NCBI GenBank assembly: GCA_964658305.1
Contig: OZ210885.1
Coordinates: forward strand, 13,144,001 to 13,208,000
Length of the DNA: 64,000 nucleotides
Source of the DNA: Leptogorgia sarmentosa
Lineage: Eukaryota
Direction: 5' to 3'
Shown: positions 21,174 through 33,805 of the stretch, piece by piece
How the letters are laid out: every line of letters begins with the position of its first letter
Position numbering within the stretch: the first letter of the stretch is position 1
The notes under the pieces: model-generated
Seen by the model: the letters and a program-made list of their open reading frames with translations, nothing else
The model's database searches: none
Told to the model about the DNA's origin: nothing
Made by a program: the position numbers and the translations under genes

Positions 21174-22645
21174 CTCAGTCTATGCAATTTACTCCAAAAA
21201 TACCTACCCTTAAAACATTCTTTCACACCTGGCAATTCTTTCAAATAACCACATGGTCTTGCAAATTTTGTACACTCTGAGAACAAGATCGGGGAACAAA
21301 TTAAGGAAATATTCTTGAGGATTACCAACTTTTATTGCTTCGGGTTCAGTTCTTGGCAGTTCATTCCAATGTTGGTTGACATTACGAAATAGCCGTAAAC
21401 AGTCCATCCACGATGAGTTGTAGGTGAAAGATATCTTCATCAAGTGATTATAAGTTAAATCGCTGTCAATCCGAGTTCTCCAATCTGAACTGTGCTGATT
21501 CAACTGTTTTACAAACCGGGCGGCCATCATCTTCCGGAACCTATTCGGCGCAAGAAGGTTCCTGCACTGGTGGTACACGTGTTGGGTGTTGCACCGATGG
21601 CTTTTTCTTTTTTTTGCGCCTTTTTTTCAGAGTTGGAGAGACAATGTCGATACCACTGAACAACTCCAAGTCGATGTCCATTTCCTGCTCGTCCTCTCTC
21701 TCCGCCACTGAAGTTTTATTATCAAACACATAATTTAAATTATAACTATCAATACATAACTGTTGGAAATACTAATTACAATTTCAAATGTTCTCTGATC
21801 AAATCATTGATTAATTCGAGCTTTGGCTGCAAGAGATATTTCCTGGTCCAGAGTCAAACCGATTGGGCTGTCATTGATATGCAATTATGCACACAGTTTT
21901 TTCTAGTATTAAAATTTAGTTTTATTCGAGACGGGGTCTCGTTTAACCCCTTTACCTTTTGGTGGTCGATTTTGGGCACTTTTGTCGATTTTTTAAAATC
22001 GTTTTAAAATGATTTAAAAACACTCAAAATGCGATAAAAAAACAGTTTAAAAGTTTGGGTTCATATCTGACACGTTTTTCAAAAGTCGTGAAAAAAGTTG
22101 AGGTTAACCCCTTTACTTTTTGGTCGATTTTGGGCACTTTCAACTTTTTTAAAACTTCTTTTAAAAATGATTTAAAAACACTTAAAATGCGATAAAAAAA
22201 CAGTTTAAAATGGTTTGGGTTCATATATGAGACGTTTTTCAAAATTCGTGAAAGGTAAAGCTTACATTAGGGGCAAGAAGTTGGGCTGTCAGTGATGCAC
22301 ACAGTTTCTTCAGTATTAAAAATTAGTAGTTTTCATCTGCAGCCATCAGATGTGTCAATTGCATTCTCACAATTCCCTGTGTAGTATGCCGAACATTCTG
22401 TGATGCTGTCTTTAGTTTCCACATGTCAACCACATGATTCAGGTAGTTGCACTATACTACTCCTAGTACCTTTACAAAGAAAAATATGGATGAATACAGT
22501 AATATGGTTTAGCTCAATGCACACATAAGTATTGCTGCAAAAGAATTGAATTATGAAATTCCGATCGTGTTGCCATGACAACAACCTCAGGCAGCTTTTG
22601 CAATTGCAGTACTTCATGTTCCAAAAACTGCATATATGTATTTCT

Positions 22646-23391
22646 AGTATAGAATTATATGATAGGTGCAGAATGTTCACTGTAAACCATCTTGGAGCTG
22701 CAACGTTATAGTATAGAATTATATAATAGGTGGAAAATGTTCACTGTAGACCATCTTGGAGCTGCAACGTTATAGTAGAGAATTACATAATAGGTGGAAA
22801 ATGTTCACTGTAGACCATCTTGGAGCTGCAACGTTATAGTATAGAATTATAGAATAGGTGGAAAATGTTCACTGTAGACCATCTTGGAGCTGCAACGTTA
22901 TAGTATAGAATTATATAATAGGTGGAAAATGTTCACTGTAGACCATCTTGGAGCTGCAACGTTATAGTATAGAATTATATAATAGGTGGAAAATGTTCAC
23001 TGTAGACCATCTTGGAGCTGCAACGTTATAGTATAGAATTATGTAGTAGGTGGAAAATGTTCACTGTAGACCATCTTGGAGCTGCAACGTTATCGTATAG
23101 AATTATGTAGTAGGTGGAAAATGTTCACTGTAGACCATCTTGGAGCTGCAACGTTATAGTATAGAATTATAGAATAGGTGGAAAATGTTCACTGTAGACC
23201 ATCTTGGAGCTGCAACGTTATAGTATAGAATTATATAATAGGTGGAAAATGTTCACTGTAGACCATCTTGAAGCTGCAACGTTATAGTATAGAATTATAT
23301 AATAGGTGGAAAATGTTCACTGTAGACCATCTTGGAGCTGCAATGTTATAGTATAGAATTATAGAATAGGTGGAAAATGTTCACTGTAGAC
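22646..23391. repeat. 64-bp minisatellite, about 11.6 copies
   Basis: TCACTGTAGACCATCTTGGAGCTGCAACGTTATAGTATAGAATTATATAATAGGTGGAAAATGT recurs at 22677, 22741, 22805 and onward. Confidence 0.95.
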
Positions 23392-23439
23392 TATCTAGGA
23401 ACAGCAACATATAGTATTGACCATGCTTAACCGTTGGCC

Positions 23440-25290
23440 ATTGGCGTGGCGTTTCATTCGCTTCATCGGGATCGCTGTTCAAAATATCCACCAACACTAT
23501 TCGCCTTGGATGTTTGATTGCAAAACGGTCGATGACGTTCTCGATGTCAACGTGAATTTCTCGATGGACGTTCAATAATGCCAGTGACGTTAGTCTTTTT
23601 TCTCCCATTGTACTTCTCATGTTTTCAATCGACGAAGGGTTGAAATAGATCTCTCATAGCTGCATGTTGTAACAGGAATTGCTCCAAATATTTTGAATGC
23701 GTTGTGTATATTAGGCAAAGAACGAAAATCAACGAATGGATGCATCACTTGAATGGAATTGGGAAGCGGAGTTTTCAACAAAAAATGTTCCACATTCTTG
23801 ACTCTATTTCGAGGAAATCGGGGGATGGCAAATCATCTTGGTACTTATTCAAAAAACGAGAAAAGTATTCGGTCCACTTCGGTTCACTGGTCACGTAACT
23901 TGGCAAAGCATACATGGCGGCAAATGCATCAAGTTTTCCTTCTGAGAAGCGGGACTGTATCTGTCCTACAAGCTGATCAAGGAAGGGAATTGTCAATTGC
24001 TCGTTAAAGTATTCGGCCGTGCTCTCCGCAGGTACGTTGACTCGGTGCATCTGACGGTCACTTGTTCACTTTTTGAAAGGTTTCACTTCTCCCTGTTCAG
24101 CTAATTCAACTGCCATTTCGTAATAAAATTGGTGGACCTTTTCGACGTCCGAACGAAGTTCATTAATCGTCAAGTAGAGTTGACAAACCTTTTCACGAGC
24201 TTTACCAGCCTCGAGAGAAGCGGACTGCTGTTGCAAGGTTAAGGGCTTAGTGCTTTCAGCCAAAGCTCGACGACGACAAGGGAAACGATAAACTCGACAG
24301 ACTTGATGGCTGTGATCATTCCACCAGCTTTGTAACAAGTATCTTGACCATTTGACTTGTCAGTCCTTATCCCCTCTAGTGCTGCCAAAATAGCCAAGTA
24401 AAGCTTGCAAAAAATTGAGAGGCCATTAATTCTTCCCATCCATCTTGTAGGGCAAACATTGAAAGGTTTTTCGTGATGGGACTCGGGGTAGATTTCTTTA
24501 ATCTTCTCTTTTAACACGAGGTTTCTTTTGGGAGGATTGTTAAAGAAGTCGGACACTGGACGGACATCGTCCATCATTTTACGGACCATCTCAATGGAAC
24601 ATGCTTGGGATATGTGAGCTACAATGCACGTAAAATGCCTTCTTGTAGCCCCGTAGGATTCTGACAGCAACCCCAGAACATTTTCCCGCCATATTTCCCG
24701 CCCCATCGTAGCTCTGACCTCGACATTCTTCCATACGTAGGCCAACGCTCTGGAGGAAATTTTTTACCTCAGCAGACAAAGCTTCGCCCGTGAGACCTTT
24801 CATTCACGGAATAAAGCCAAGGAATTCTTCTCTCACAATCCCCATCTGTTCCACGTTAGAGCAATCGGTGGCTTTGTCGGCTTAAATGGTAAAAAAACTT
24901 TGCGTCTGTAATCTCTGATGTTCATTTATCAATTCGCCACATATGTCGATTATCTCGTTCTGAATTGTTTTTGATCGATAGGTCTGGCTTGAATGGCAGT
25001 TATCGAAAAGCACCTCCATACGTTTGCCACACCGAGCGCCATACTTCAGTATTTCAATGAAGTTGCCAGGGTTAGTCGGATCCTCTTCATTACGGTAATG
25101 AGCATCATCATAATGTCCTCTCAATGCTAGATTTTGGCGACCACACGTTATGATGCAATCAACGATTGGGCGAAGTAGTGATCGATTCAGCTGAACATCA
25201 ACACCAAGAGACTTCTTCTCGATCATTTGCCTAAACTGTGTGGCACGGAATGTTGCTGTTGCGTGGACATTGGATATTTCACCATGCTTT
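23440..25290 (-). pseudogene. hAT transposase remnant (THAP12/ZMYM1-like), frameshifted
   Basis: CGRQNLALRGH, IQNEII, CRGQSYDGAGNMAG, CPTRW and RSTMGEKRLTSLALLNVHR (hATC) in colinear order. Confidence 0.9.
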
Positions 25291-27909
25291 TCGCTGATAT
25301 GAACACAGTTTTTCCAGTATTAAAAATTTGTATATTTTTTTCGAGACTGGGATCTCGTTCGAGCTTACATAAGGGGTACGACATAGTGTTCTCGCTGATA
25401 TGAACACAGATTTTCAGTATTAAAAATCAGTTTTTTTCGAGACTGGGATCTCGTTTAATCTTACATAAGGGTAAGACATAGTATTCTCGCTGATATTAAA
25501 TTTACAGGATCACATGTCATAAAAAAATAAATCTCTCAAATTGTGAATGATTACTAAATGCTCTCATTAATTTAAAGGCAATAACATAAAGGGCAGATGA
25601 TGAAAAAATCAGGAGATTACTCAAATAGTTTTAAAATTATTAGACTTTAAAGCTTTACAATGTCCGGAAATACAGTTTTTGAGAAAATAGCAACTAAACT
25701 AGACTGGTTAAATTGCTGTAATGGCAAGCGGGTTGTTTAAAATGAGTTATAATGTTAGAATTGTCTTGCTGATGCATACTGTATCTAATTTTTCTGTCCT
25801 TTTGTCAATAGTTGGGCAAGAGGTCCATCATCGCTGTCAAATGATGAAGATGCATAAACGAGAAGTGGGTCGACGTCAACTTCATTGTACTTGCCCCGAG
25901 AGTAACCTGGTTCCCCTTCATCTTTTACCAATCTTTTTGCCAACTTGGCCTGCCTTATTTTCATTCTCCTTCTCTTTTCTTTTCCTTGTGCTTTTCATTT
26001 GGAGTGGGAAATTGTTTCTTTATCTATCTTAGGGCTCCCCTCAACACAGTATCCCCCCACTCGATATTTTAGCTGCTCTCATTACTTCATGTCGACAACC
26101 AGCTCCAGAAAACTCGCGACCCAAAAAAAAGGAAAATCGAAGCCCATTTTTAAACTGGTAGCCCGAGTAATAATGCTGAAATACAGCCATCTCAATTGAA
26201 ATTGGTTCCTCGTACCTATGTTTTGGGGCTCTGTTCCACACCAGGCTATTGTGAGGCTGTCGTTTACGTTCTGGGAATAGCCTCGACAGAAACGGGATGG
26301 ACTGCATCTTGCTTGAGGTTGAAGGCTCCTATGTGATCAAAATCATGAATTATGAAGGAACAGTGATATCGAAGCTTATTCGAACAAGGTAGCTACTCAC
26401 CATTAATTGTTGGTTCCTCTTCCTCATCTTCTTCTTGACCTTCTGTTGCTGATTCTTCCGCAGCTTCTTCTTCAGATTGAGCTTTCTCCTGAAGCGGGAT
26501 GGATAGATAGATAGATCGTTTATTAAAAAGCTTTATTTACAGCAATGGCTGAATTAGTAAGGGTTACATTCATTAGAGTTGATGCTGGAATTTAAATTAC
26601 AGGGATGCCTAATACATTTAAGATATATACATTTAAAATAATATAATTGGCTATAAGTTATCTATTAAAAAAAGGTCTAAAACGTCAAAAGGATTTAGTT
26701 ACTGCCTAAATCATTATATCGTCTAGCAGCTGAGTTTATAAAAGATTGTTTAAAGCGGTTCGTATTGCAACTGGACACTTGTTTGTTTTGAAACTTCAAG
26801 GAAGAAAACTCTTAATGATTTAGTTTATAAGTTTGGGCCTATCGGGGCTCTATGAGGAGGTCATTGTCCAGGAAGGAACGGGTTCGCAACGTGTCTAACG
26901 ACGCGTCTTGCCACAACATCATTTCGTCCTTCGCGTCGGAATCTATCTCGTAGTTGTTTGCAAACTTTACCTTGGCTGGAAGTAGCGGCCTGGTTGCTTA
27001 AGCTCTATTTTCAAAACAAAGAATCGAGTTCTTGAATACTGTAAAAACTCAACCATTTTCGTTATTTCATAGTACTAATAAATGATAGACGTTGTACTAG
27101 ATTAGCTAATTATAAGAACATATAACCAATGCCATGTTGCTACAGTGATGTCATGCATTTATATGGCCCTTGAATAATATTACATATATAACATAGGAAT
27201 GTATTCTTACCTTGCAAATTTGTATCTCTGTAATTCCGCCCCTGGACCTGGCCAACCTTCCCTTCGTCCACAGCTACAAGCAGATTTCCAACTATTCCCA
27301 TTTCGATAGTGCTCTCTTGTAGACGGTGAAAATTTTCAAAATCGAGGAGGCATGCACTCCAGGCTGGAGAGTTCATTTTGACACCATTGCTTGATTCTAA
27401 CGGAAGCCATTGTAGACATCGATACGCAATCGTGAGGCATCTCCTGATCGTCTTTTGTCAAAAATTATCATCCTGGTTAAACACAACTTCGTCATACTTC
27501 TTTATCAGAACATATTTCTAACCTTTCGGCTAACTCTCCGATCTTAAAAAAATCATAAAATAATATCTTTGTTAAACCTTGCGTTAAACATTAGAGACTA
27601 GAATTGGTAGCCTATACATGTTATTTACTGGCTTAGAGGTCCTGATAAAAAAGCATTTGAGAACGACACAATATTTTCCACCAAAGGATTAATTAAACAT
27701 AGCCATACTCACGGAAATGTGGGTATTTGCATAGTAAATAATTTAAACAAAGGTTTTATCGAGGTTTCTCATTGTTGAGACAAGGACCAGCTGACTGACA
27801 TAACATTATTAGGGGCTAATTCTCTAAGCATATTTTTTCCTTGACGAGTATTAAACGATTGCGCTATCAATTAAAATTAAATGTCTAACCTTATTCATCT
27901 GGTATTGTC

Positions 27910-28760
27910 GGAGTTGACCAAGTCCTCAGTAAGGGGCATTGTCTCTGGATGGTTTTGTTTCCTATAAGCCAGAGCACTCAGCGCATTACTGGATATCTTC
28001 TCCGACCACTCGCCGTCGTAGAGACTAAGGGAATCATCGACGTCTTTCTTGATGGTGGAATCACGACAGCGAATGACCTGCCCTTTCCCTATGAGTGCTG
28101 CTTTTTTTGTTGCATACCCGATTTTTAGGGCACTCGATGGGGCTTTGCTCTTTCAATTTTGTATTGATTTAAATGATGTTCTTTTTTGTCAAAGCTGCTG
28201 ACTGTTCAGGTCGCTTCCACGAATTTATCAAAAAACTCTGGTTTAACTGCCTGCTTCAACTGTAATGCAGGCACATAGTACAACTGTCTCAGCTGCATTA
28301 GCAGTCGTGCCAGATCCCGCATATGTTGTGAAATTAAGTTGACCTTTTCACTACCATTTTTGAGGAGTAAAGCACCAGCATATATTGTGATCACTTCATC
28401 TCCCTTCGCAACCACGTTGACCAAGTCCTGTTTCATTCGTGGAAACACGTGATCAGCCAAGGCTTGACTTTTTATGTTTGCTTTGTTGAGAGCAAGAGGC
28501 TGCAGTTATAACGTAAACGTCTTGGCTCCAAATCGGGCAAATGTTCTTTATTCGAAAACTCACATCTCCGTACATTGCGGCACAGCTGTCCTTTATGGAG
28601 AAACCCATAACAATACATACAAGGGTAGATATTCATACGAATTCCCCTTGACATTTGGCGGCGGCCGTCTGACAACTTTTAATTCGCCTTTATTTTCTTG
28701 CAGCACTTTGTTGTTGTGTACAAAGTTTCCAAGAAGCCGAATACGATCGAGTTATTTCTT
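27910..28760 (-). pseudogene. decayed fragment of an uncharacterised transposon-associated protein
   Basis: PCMYCYGF, VSQHMRDLARLL-like segment, PSSALKIGY, EWSEKISSNAL...MPLTEDL; resembles proteins usually linked to SET or tyrosine-recombinase-like domains (recalled, not searched). Confidence 0.55.
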
Positions 28761-29299
28761 CTACAATAGGTTCATCCTGATCTATCAGTTCGCATACATC
28801 CTCAGATAATGGTGTATAATCGTCCATACACTGACAAAGGCTTTCATAATTTCATTAGCCATGCTCTTGATCATCACACTCCGTGTTTGTTTTTAAAATT
28901 GACCGAAAGTCTCTTCCCGTTGACTTAGACTTGCCACAAGTGGCAGAGATCCAACAGACACCAACCTCTATTTGTTCTTCTAGAAGGTGTATTAAGCCCT
29001 TCTTTCTTGAAGTTTGACCCTCTGCTAAAGGTGGTAAGGTAGGAGGTTAGCTTGAAAAGTAGAAGGTAGACTACATTATATGGTAAGTAATGATAGCAGA
29101 TAACAACATCAACAAGTAACAAAAGTTCTACTCACTACCTAAATCATATCCAATAAAAATTGTAGTTTTTTGGTCTACTATTTTTTGGTGTTTTTTTGTG
29201 TGATCCATTCAGTAATGACCTGTCCATTTGGTCATTAGTCAGGAATGTAATATAGTGTTGGTGCATAGATTTTTAATTAGTAGTTTGAAGCGAGAGAAT

Positions 29300-30270
29300 T
29301 TGCTATAGGTGGAACTCGGTTGTCATACATTTTTATCAAACTTGAGATTGCAATCTCCTGTGGTCTTTGAGGTCTTCTATGAGCCTATCCATTTTTGCAG
29401 CCACCTCCTCTGGTTCTGCCGAGGCGAGGTTATTTGTGGCCACGTGTAGTATCACTGCAGAATACTGATCATCTGCAGAACAGTATTCTTTAATTTTATT
29501 GCCAATTTGTTCCACTTTTGCTCCACTGTAGGAATGGACGATTGACTGGCAACCTGCTGCTCGTTCGATTTTAGATAGGTCAATGTGTTTGAACACGGAA
29601 TCACCGATCACTAGGACTTTTCTAGTTTCACTCTTCTTTGAATGGTTGGGATTTTTCTTACACATTTTCTTGTTGTTATCTTCTTTATATAGCAAAAATA
29701 CTGCTTCTAGTTTGGCTAGGTGCGATTTGAAATTGCTGAAAATTCTTTCTCGCGAGCTCTGGAGTGGCGTCTTTTGTTGATGGTGTAGATGCTTTTTCTG
29801 TTTTGTTTTTGTTCGGGATATCTTCGGTAAAGAGTTTTGTCTTTTCCAGGTTCCACTTCTCTTCATCAGGTTCGTTTACCATCTTTAATAAGCGATCATC
29901 GAATTCGAATTTTCCCCATTGTTTCATCACACGTCCTTGTACGTCAATTCGTCCTGTTGTAATGTCGACTGTGATTGTTAGAATGTCTTTTTCTTTGGAG
30001 TATAAGTTAATTAATAACTAATATGAATGTCGCATTTCTCATCTCTGGTTTGGCTTTGTTGTTCCAGCCATTGACAGGATATGTTTGTGTTTGTGATGAC
30101 ATACTCCATGTATTTTTGGGAATTGCTTTGATCAATATCGGTAGTCGTTGCGCGTTTGTCATGAAGGCTACATGATTTCCAGTTTTATATATAGTAAAAT
30201 CTAAGATAAACTGTCCACGGTGTAGCTTTCCCATGTTGTGCCTGCGTCGATTCCTTCGCCATGTTGGCTG
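29300..30270 (-). pseudogene. second LINE ORF1 (SGNH esterase) remnant
   Basis: VLVIGDS...SYSGAK...ILHVATNNL; AACATGGCG start context on the minus strand near 30265; frameshifted. Confidence 0.75.
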
Positions 30271-32436
30271 CGTAACTTGCGCGTCGGTCGTAAAGATTAT
30301 TATCGATATTTGTTCTTTTCGATTGCTTATTTGGAGGCAAAAATATTTATTTGAATACTTCTTACCTTTAGATGTTTAAATAGTTGTCTTTCAGGTAGTC
30401 TCTGACATTAAATCTTCTAAAACACGAATTATTCGACGAATACATCAGAGCACGTGCGTTTTCCAAGTCAGAGTTTCACAAACTGGTTCACTTTGAGGTT
30501 TAACAATCTCCACATCGATTGCTCTACCTTCAGTATGCCGACACTTTTTTAATGATGATTGCTGTACAAATTAATTTGCAGTGTTGTGCTGAAAGGAAAT
30601 TTGTTTTCATAGAATATCTAACACTCTGAGTTCGTCAACTGTTGTCTTCAATCCATCTTTTCGCATGGACTGCGTCATCAACACTTCCCAGTATTACTAC
30701 GTTGTATGTTTGACGTGAAGCAAAATTGACTTATTCTATAGCAGCTGGAGAAAATTGTTTTGATAGAATATCTAACAATCTGACTTCGTCAACTAGTGTG
30801 TAAACTCCTGGCAATGATGAAATGCGTTAAACTTTCGGCCAGTGATACTTTCCTACAGATCGTTCATCAAATTTGTTAGTTTTGTTTTGATAAGATACAA
30901 TTCATCGTCCTCAGTAGATACAAGGCACAAAGCGTTCCTATTTGCATTGTAATGCGGCACCAATTGACGTATTGGACGTATCCCCCTGTAAAGACGTTGA
31001 GCTTGCTTTCCTCTTCCCATCATTATCTTTTCCATCTTTTGCCGTAATATCTCCAACGTTTGTTCCCAGTTGATCTGGCTGATTTGAAACTGCACGAGTT
31101 CGCTCTTGATTTTCATTTGATATCGATTCATCTTGGGTCTTTTCACGAATGTAGTGCAAGATCTCATTGCATTTTTTAACCCATTCCTTTGCATCACTTA
31201 TGCCAACAATCTCGCCAAACGGACCATCACCAAATGACCAGTCATATGTTGACACTTCGAATAACTGCTGCGTCTTTTGTTATCATTTCCTCGCTTGAAA
31301 GACAACTAAAATGAAAATGACACTTTCAATCAGTTTTCCTACAGATGGTTGATTATATTTCAGCGAGTCCTAGCAATATACTTTTAGAGCATATAATCCA
31401 TGACGTACAGAGGAATTTATTACTTTAAAATGTTGTATTACCATGCATTGCTATCAAGCAACTACAGTGAAAAGAACTAATGATAACTGATAAGACGACA
31501 TAAAATCAGTCAGCAGTTTTCCAACTGCTATATAATTATTCAGACACAATTTTTTATAAACGCGCCAGAATGCGACAACAAATTTTTTTGTCGATACACT
31601 GTTTAACACTGATATTACCAAGTCCCAGCTTTAGCAGCTAAAATGCAATATTGGCATGCAATCCATTACAGGCAAATAGCGACCTGGGTGGGGGGGGGGG
31701 GGGGGTGTAACACCCTCCTTAAACCATTATATTTAACAGTTTTACTTATTTCAGATGAAACGCACCTATTTAACTCACCTTAACATTTCACCAGCCTCAA
31801 TTCTAATTAAAATTCTAATTTGTCTGACCAAGTATTCTTGTTTGCCAATTAATATCAACAGGTGAAACGATCACATTTCTACATTGAGATAAGAAAGGGA
31901 GCAGAGTAGCCGCCAGGGTTAAATTGGAAAAGAAATAAAAACAACTTTTTTATTGAATCGTGCGCAAGATTCCGCGATTGGTTGGTGGCGACCGGTTCAA
32001 CTATGTGCTCATTCCTAAAGCAACGGCAAATAAGAAATTTCAATCCACCGACATATAGCCGAAGTATATATAAAGTCATTACAGTTAATTTGCGTTTGTG
32101 TTGATGTAAAGATACAATTATTAATACGTTTTTTGTTGGAATCCTTTTCAAATTTGAATGTAATAGATATAAATATAATTCCTGATACGTTTATTGTCAG
32201 AATCGCGGTATTTTCTTCCTGGCTGCGTTCGCTGTTCAACTGTTAAATAATTATGTGTAAGCAGAGACAGGAGTGAATCGGCGTCTTATCACTGTTCAGG
32301 ACGGACGATAAGCCAGAAAAAATAATGAAACTCCCAAAATCCAAACACGAAAATTCTGGTGAAAGATGGCATTCAAGTCTTCGTGCATGTTTCACGGATT
32401 TGCTGTAATATTGTCTTTATTCTCGGATACAACGGT

Positions 32437-32960
32437 TCATACGATCGCAGCAGGTATTTGAAAAGCTTGGGAGATATTTTTTCCCGTGATATGATAATAC
32501 GAAGTCAGACTAATTACGTATTGTAATATACAGTGTAGCAGCCTACACTGACATGGACAGCCCTTTTGCAAAGGCCAAAGCTGCTCGTTTTGAGGCGCCA
32601 GGACTCGCCTTAATGTCTTTAATGATCTGCTCACTGATCACTTGACCACAGCACCTAAAATAGTTTTTTTTTGTTAGTCTTAGATATTAACTCTAATTTT
32701 TGCCATAATTTTTCAGATGGTTCTCCAAAACTTTGTCCCCAGCCCGAAATCTAAAATTAAGAGATTCTGTAAAATTGCCAACTCCCCCCGTAGAGTAACT
32801 GCCAGCCTCCGGATGGTATTTAGCATCTTCACGATGACCACGGAATGGTAAATCAAGACGTGTTGAATTGATATTGCGTAATGCATTCTGGTTCGAACTT
32901 TCGACGTATCTATTTTTATGCCTCGTGTGTTGTTGACAAGTTGAACAATGTCGCTGAGAT
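32437..32960 (-). pseudogene. hAT transposase fragment
   Basis: LPFRGHRED...GNF..LNFR..AGDKVLENHLK. Confidence 0.7.
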
Positions 32961-33193
32961 TTTTGTTTCACCGATTTTAACATCGATATATGTAAAATGT
33001 TGCAGTTTATTAAAGTAATGAAATCATCACATATGACCCTTGTCACCCCAATGGATCCGTAGCTACCTATCTTCACAATGCCCTAAGTGCCCTGGTCTGT
33101 TACAAATGTGTTCGGTGATACAACTAATTGTAACTCCTTGTCTTGTTCACCAGTCATACTCCTCTGAAGGTACCTACTACAGGAATTGCCTGA

Positions 33194-33430
33194 CAGCCGT
33201 TGAACAAAGACCTCAACGGGTAGTACCCAATATTTCTCAATTGAGAACACGGGTAATGCCCACGCTGGACTATCGTCTAAGCTTGCTGGTCGGCGTTTCA
33301 GTATTACTCTTGATATAGTTATATAGTGTTAGATATAAACCATTTTTCTATATACTAAGAATTTCCTTAATCCCAACCCAAACCCTCGAATCCTAACCCT
33401 GACCATTGTGGTCAGAAAAATATTGAGCAA
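33194..33430. mobile_element. truncated copy of the 60610-61125 element
   Basis: Near-identical left TIR CAGCCGTTGAACAAAGACC and the telomere-like motif. Confidence 0.85.
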
Positions 33431-33805
33431 AAAATTATTATAATGAGGAAAAAATCATAATTATTATTATAATGCATATACCTGACTCAAAAGAGCCATT
33501 CGATCTTGAACTTAAATACCGTACCGACATTTAATGTATGATACCTTGAATCTGGGCTTTTCTTTCAAGTCTTTTGCCATGGCTCGCTGTTCCTTTCCAT
33601 ATTATACGGCATATCTCAAGGAATGACTGATATCCAAATTCCGGGAAGGCAGCAACAAGAAGCACGTCAGCAAGATTTTTCGTATACGGCCTAATGATTT
33701 ATTTCCGCTTTCGTTTTGAAACTAAATCGAGTCTTGGTATGGGAAAAAACACAGCTGTGGTTTTCGCTTGTCAAGGGAAATATGAATTGTCTGGCATTAC
33801 AACGT

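Noticed and set aside
21068..21729. Broken minus-strand ORFs with Cys pairs and a Lys-rich run
   Set aside because: Frameshifted and unassignable by eye
22646..23391. Possible CRISPR array
   Set aside because: Units are contiguous 64-bp repeats with no unique spacers; no cas genes; eukaryotic context
30853..31255. Overlapping 105-114 aa minus-strand ORFs
   Set aside because: No recognisable motif or splice context; likely a decayed TE fragment
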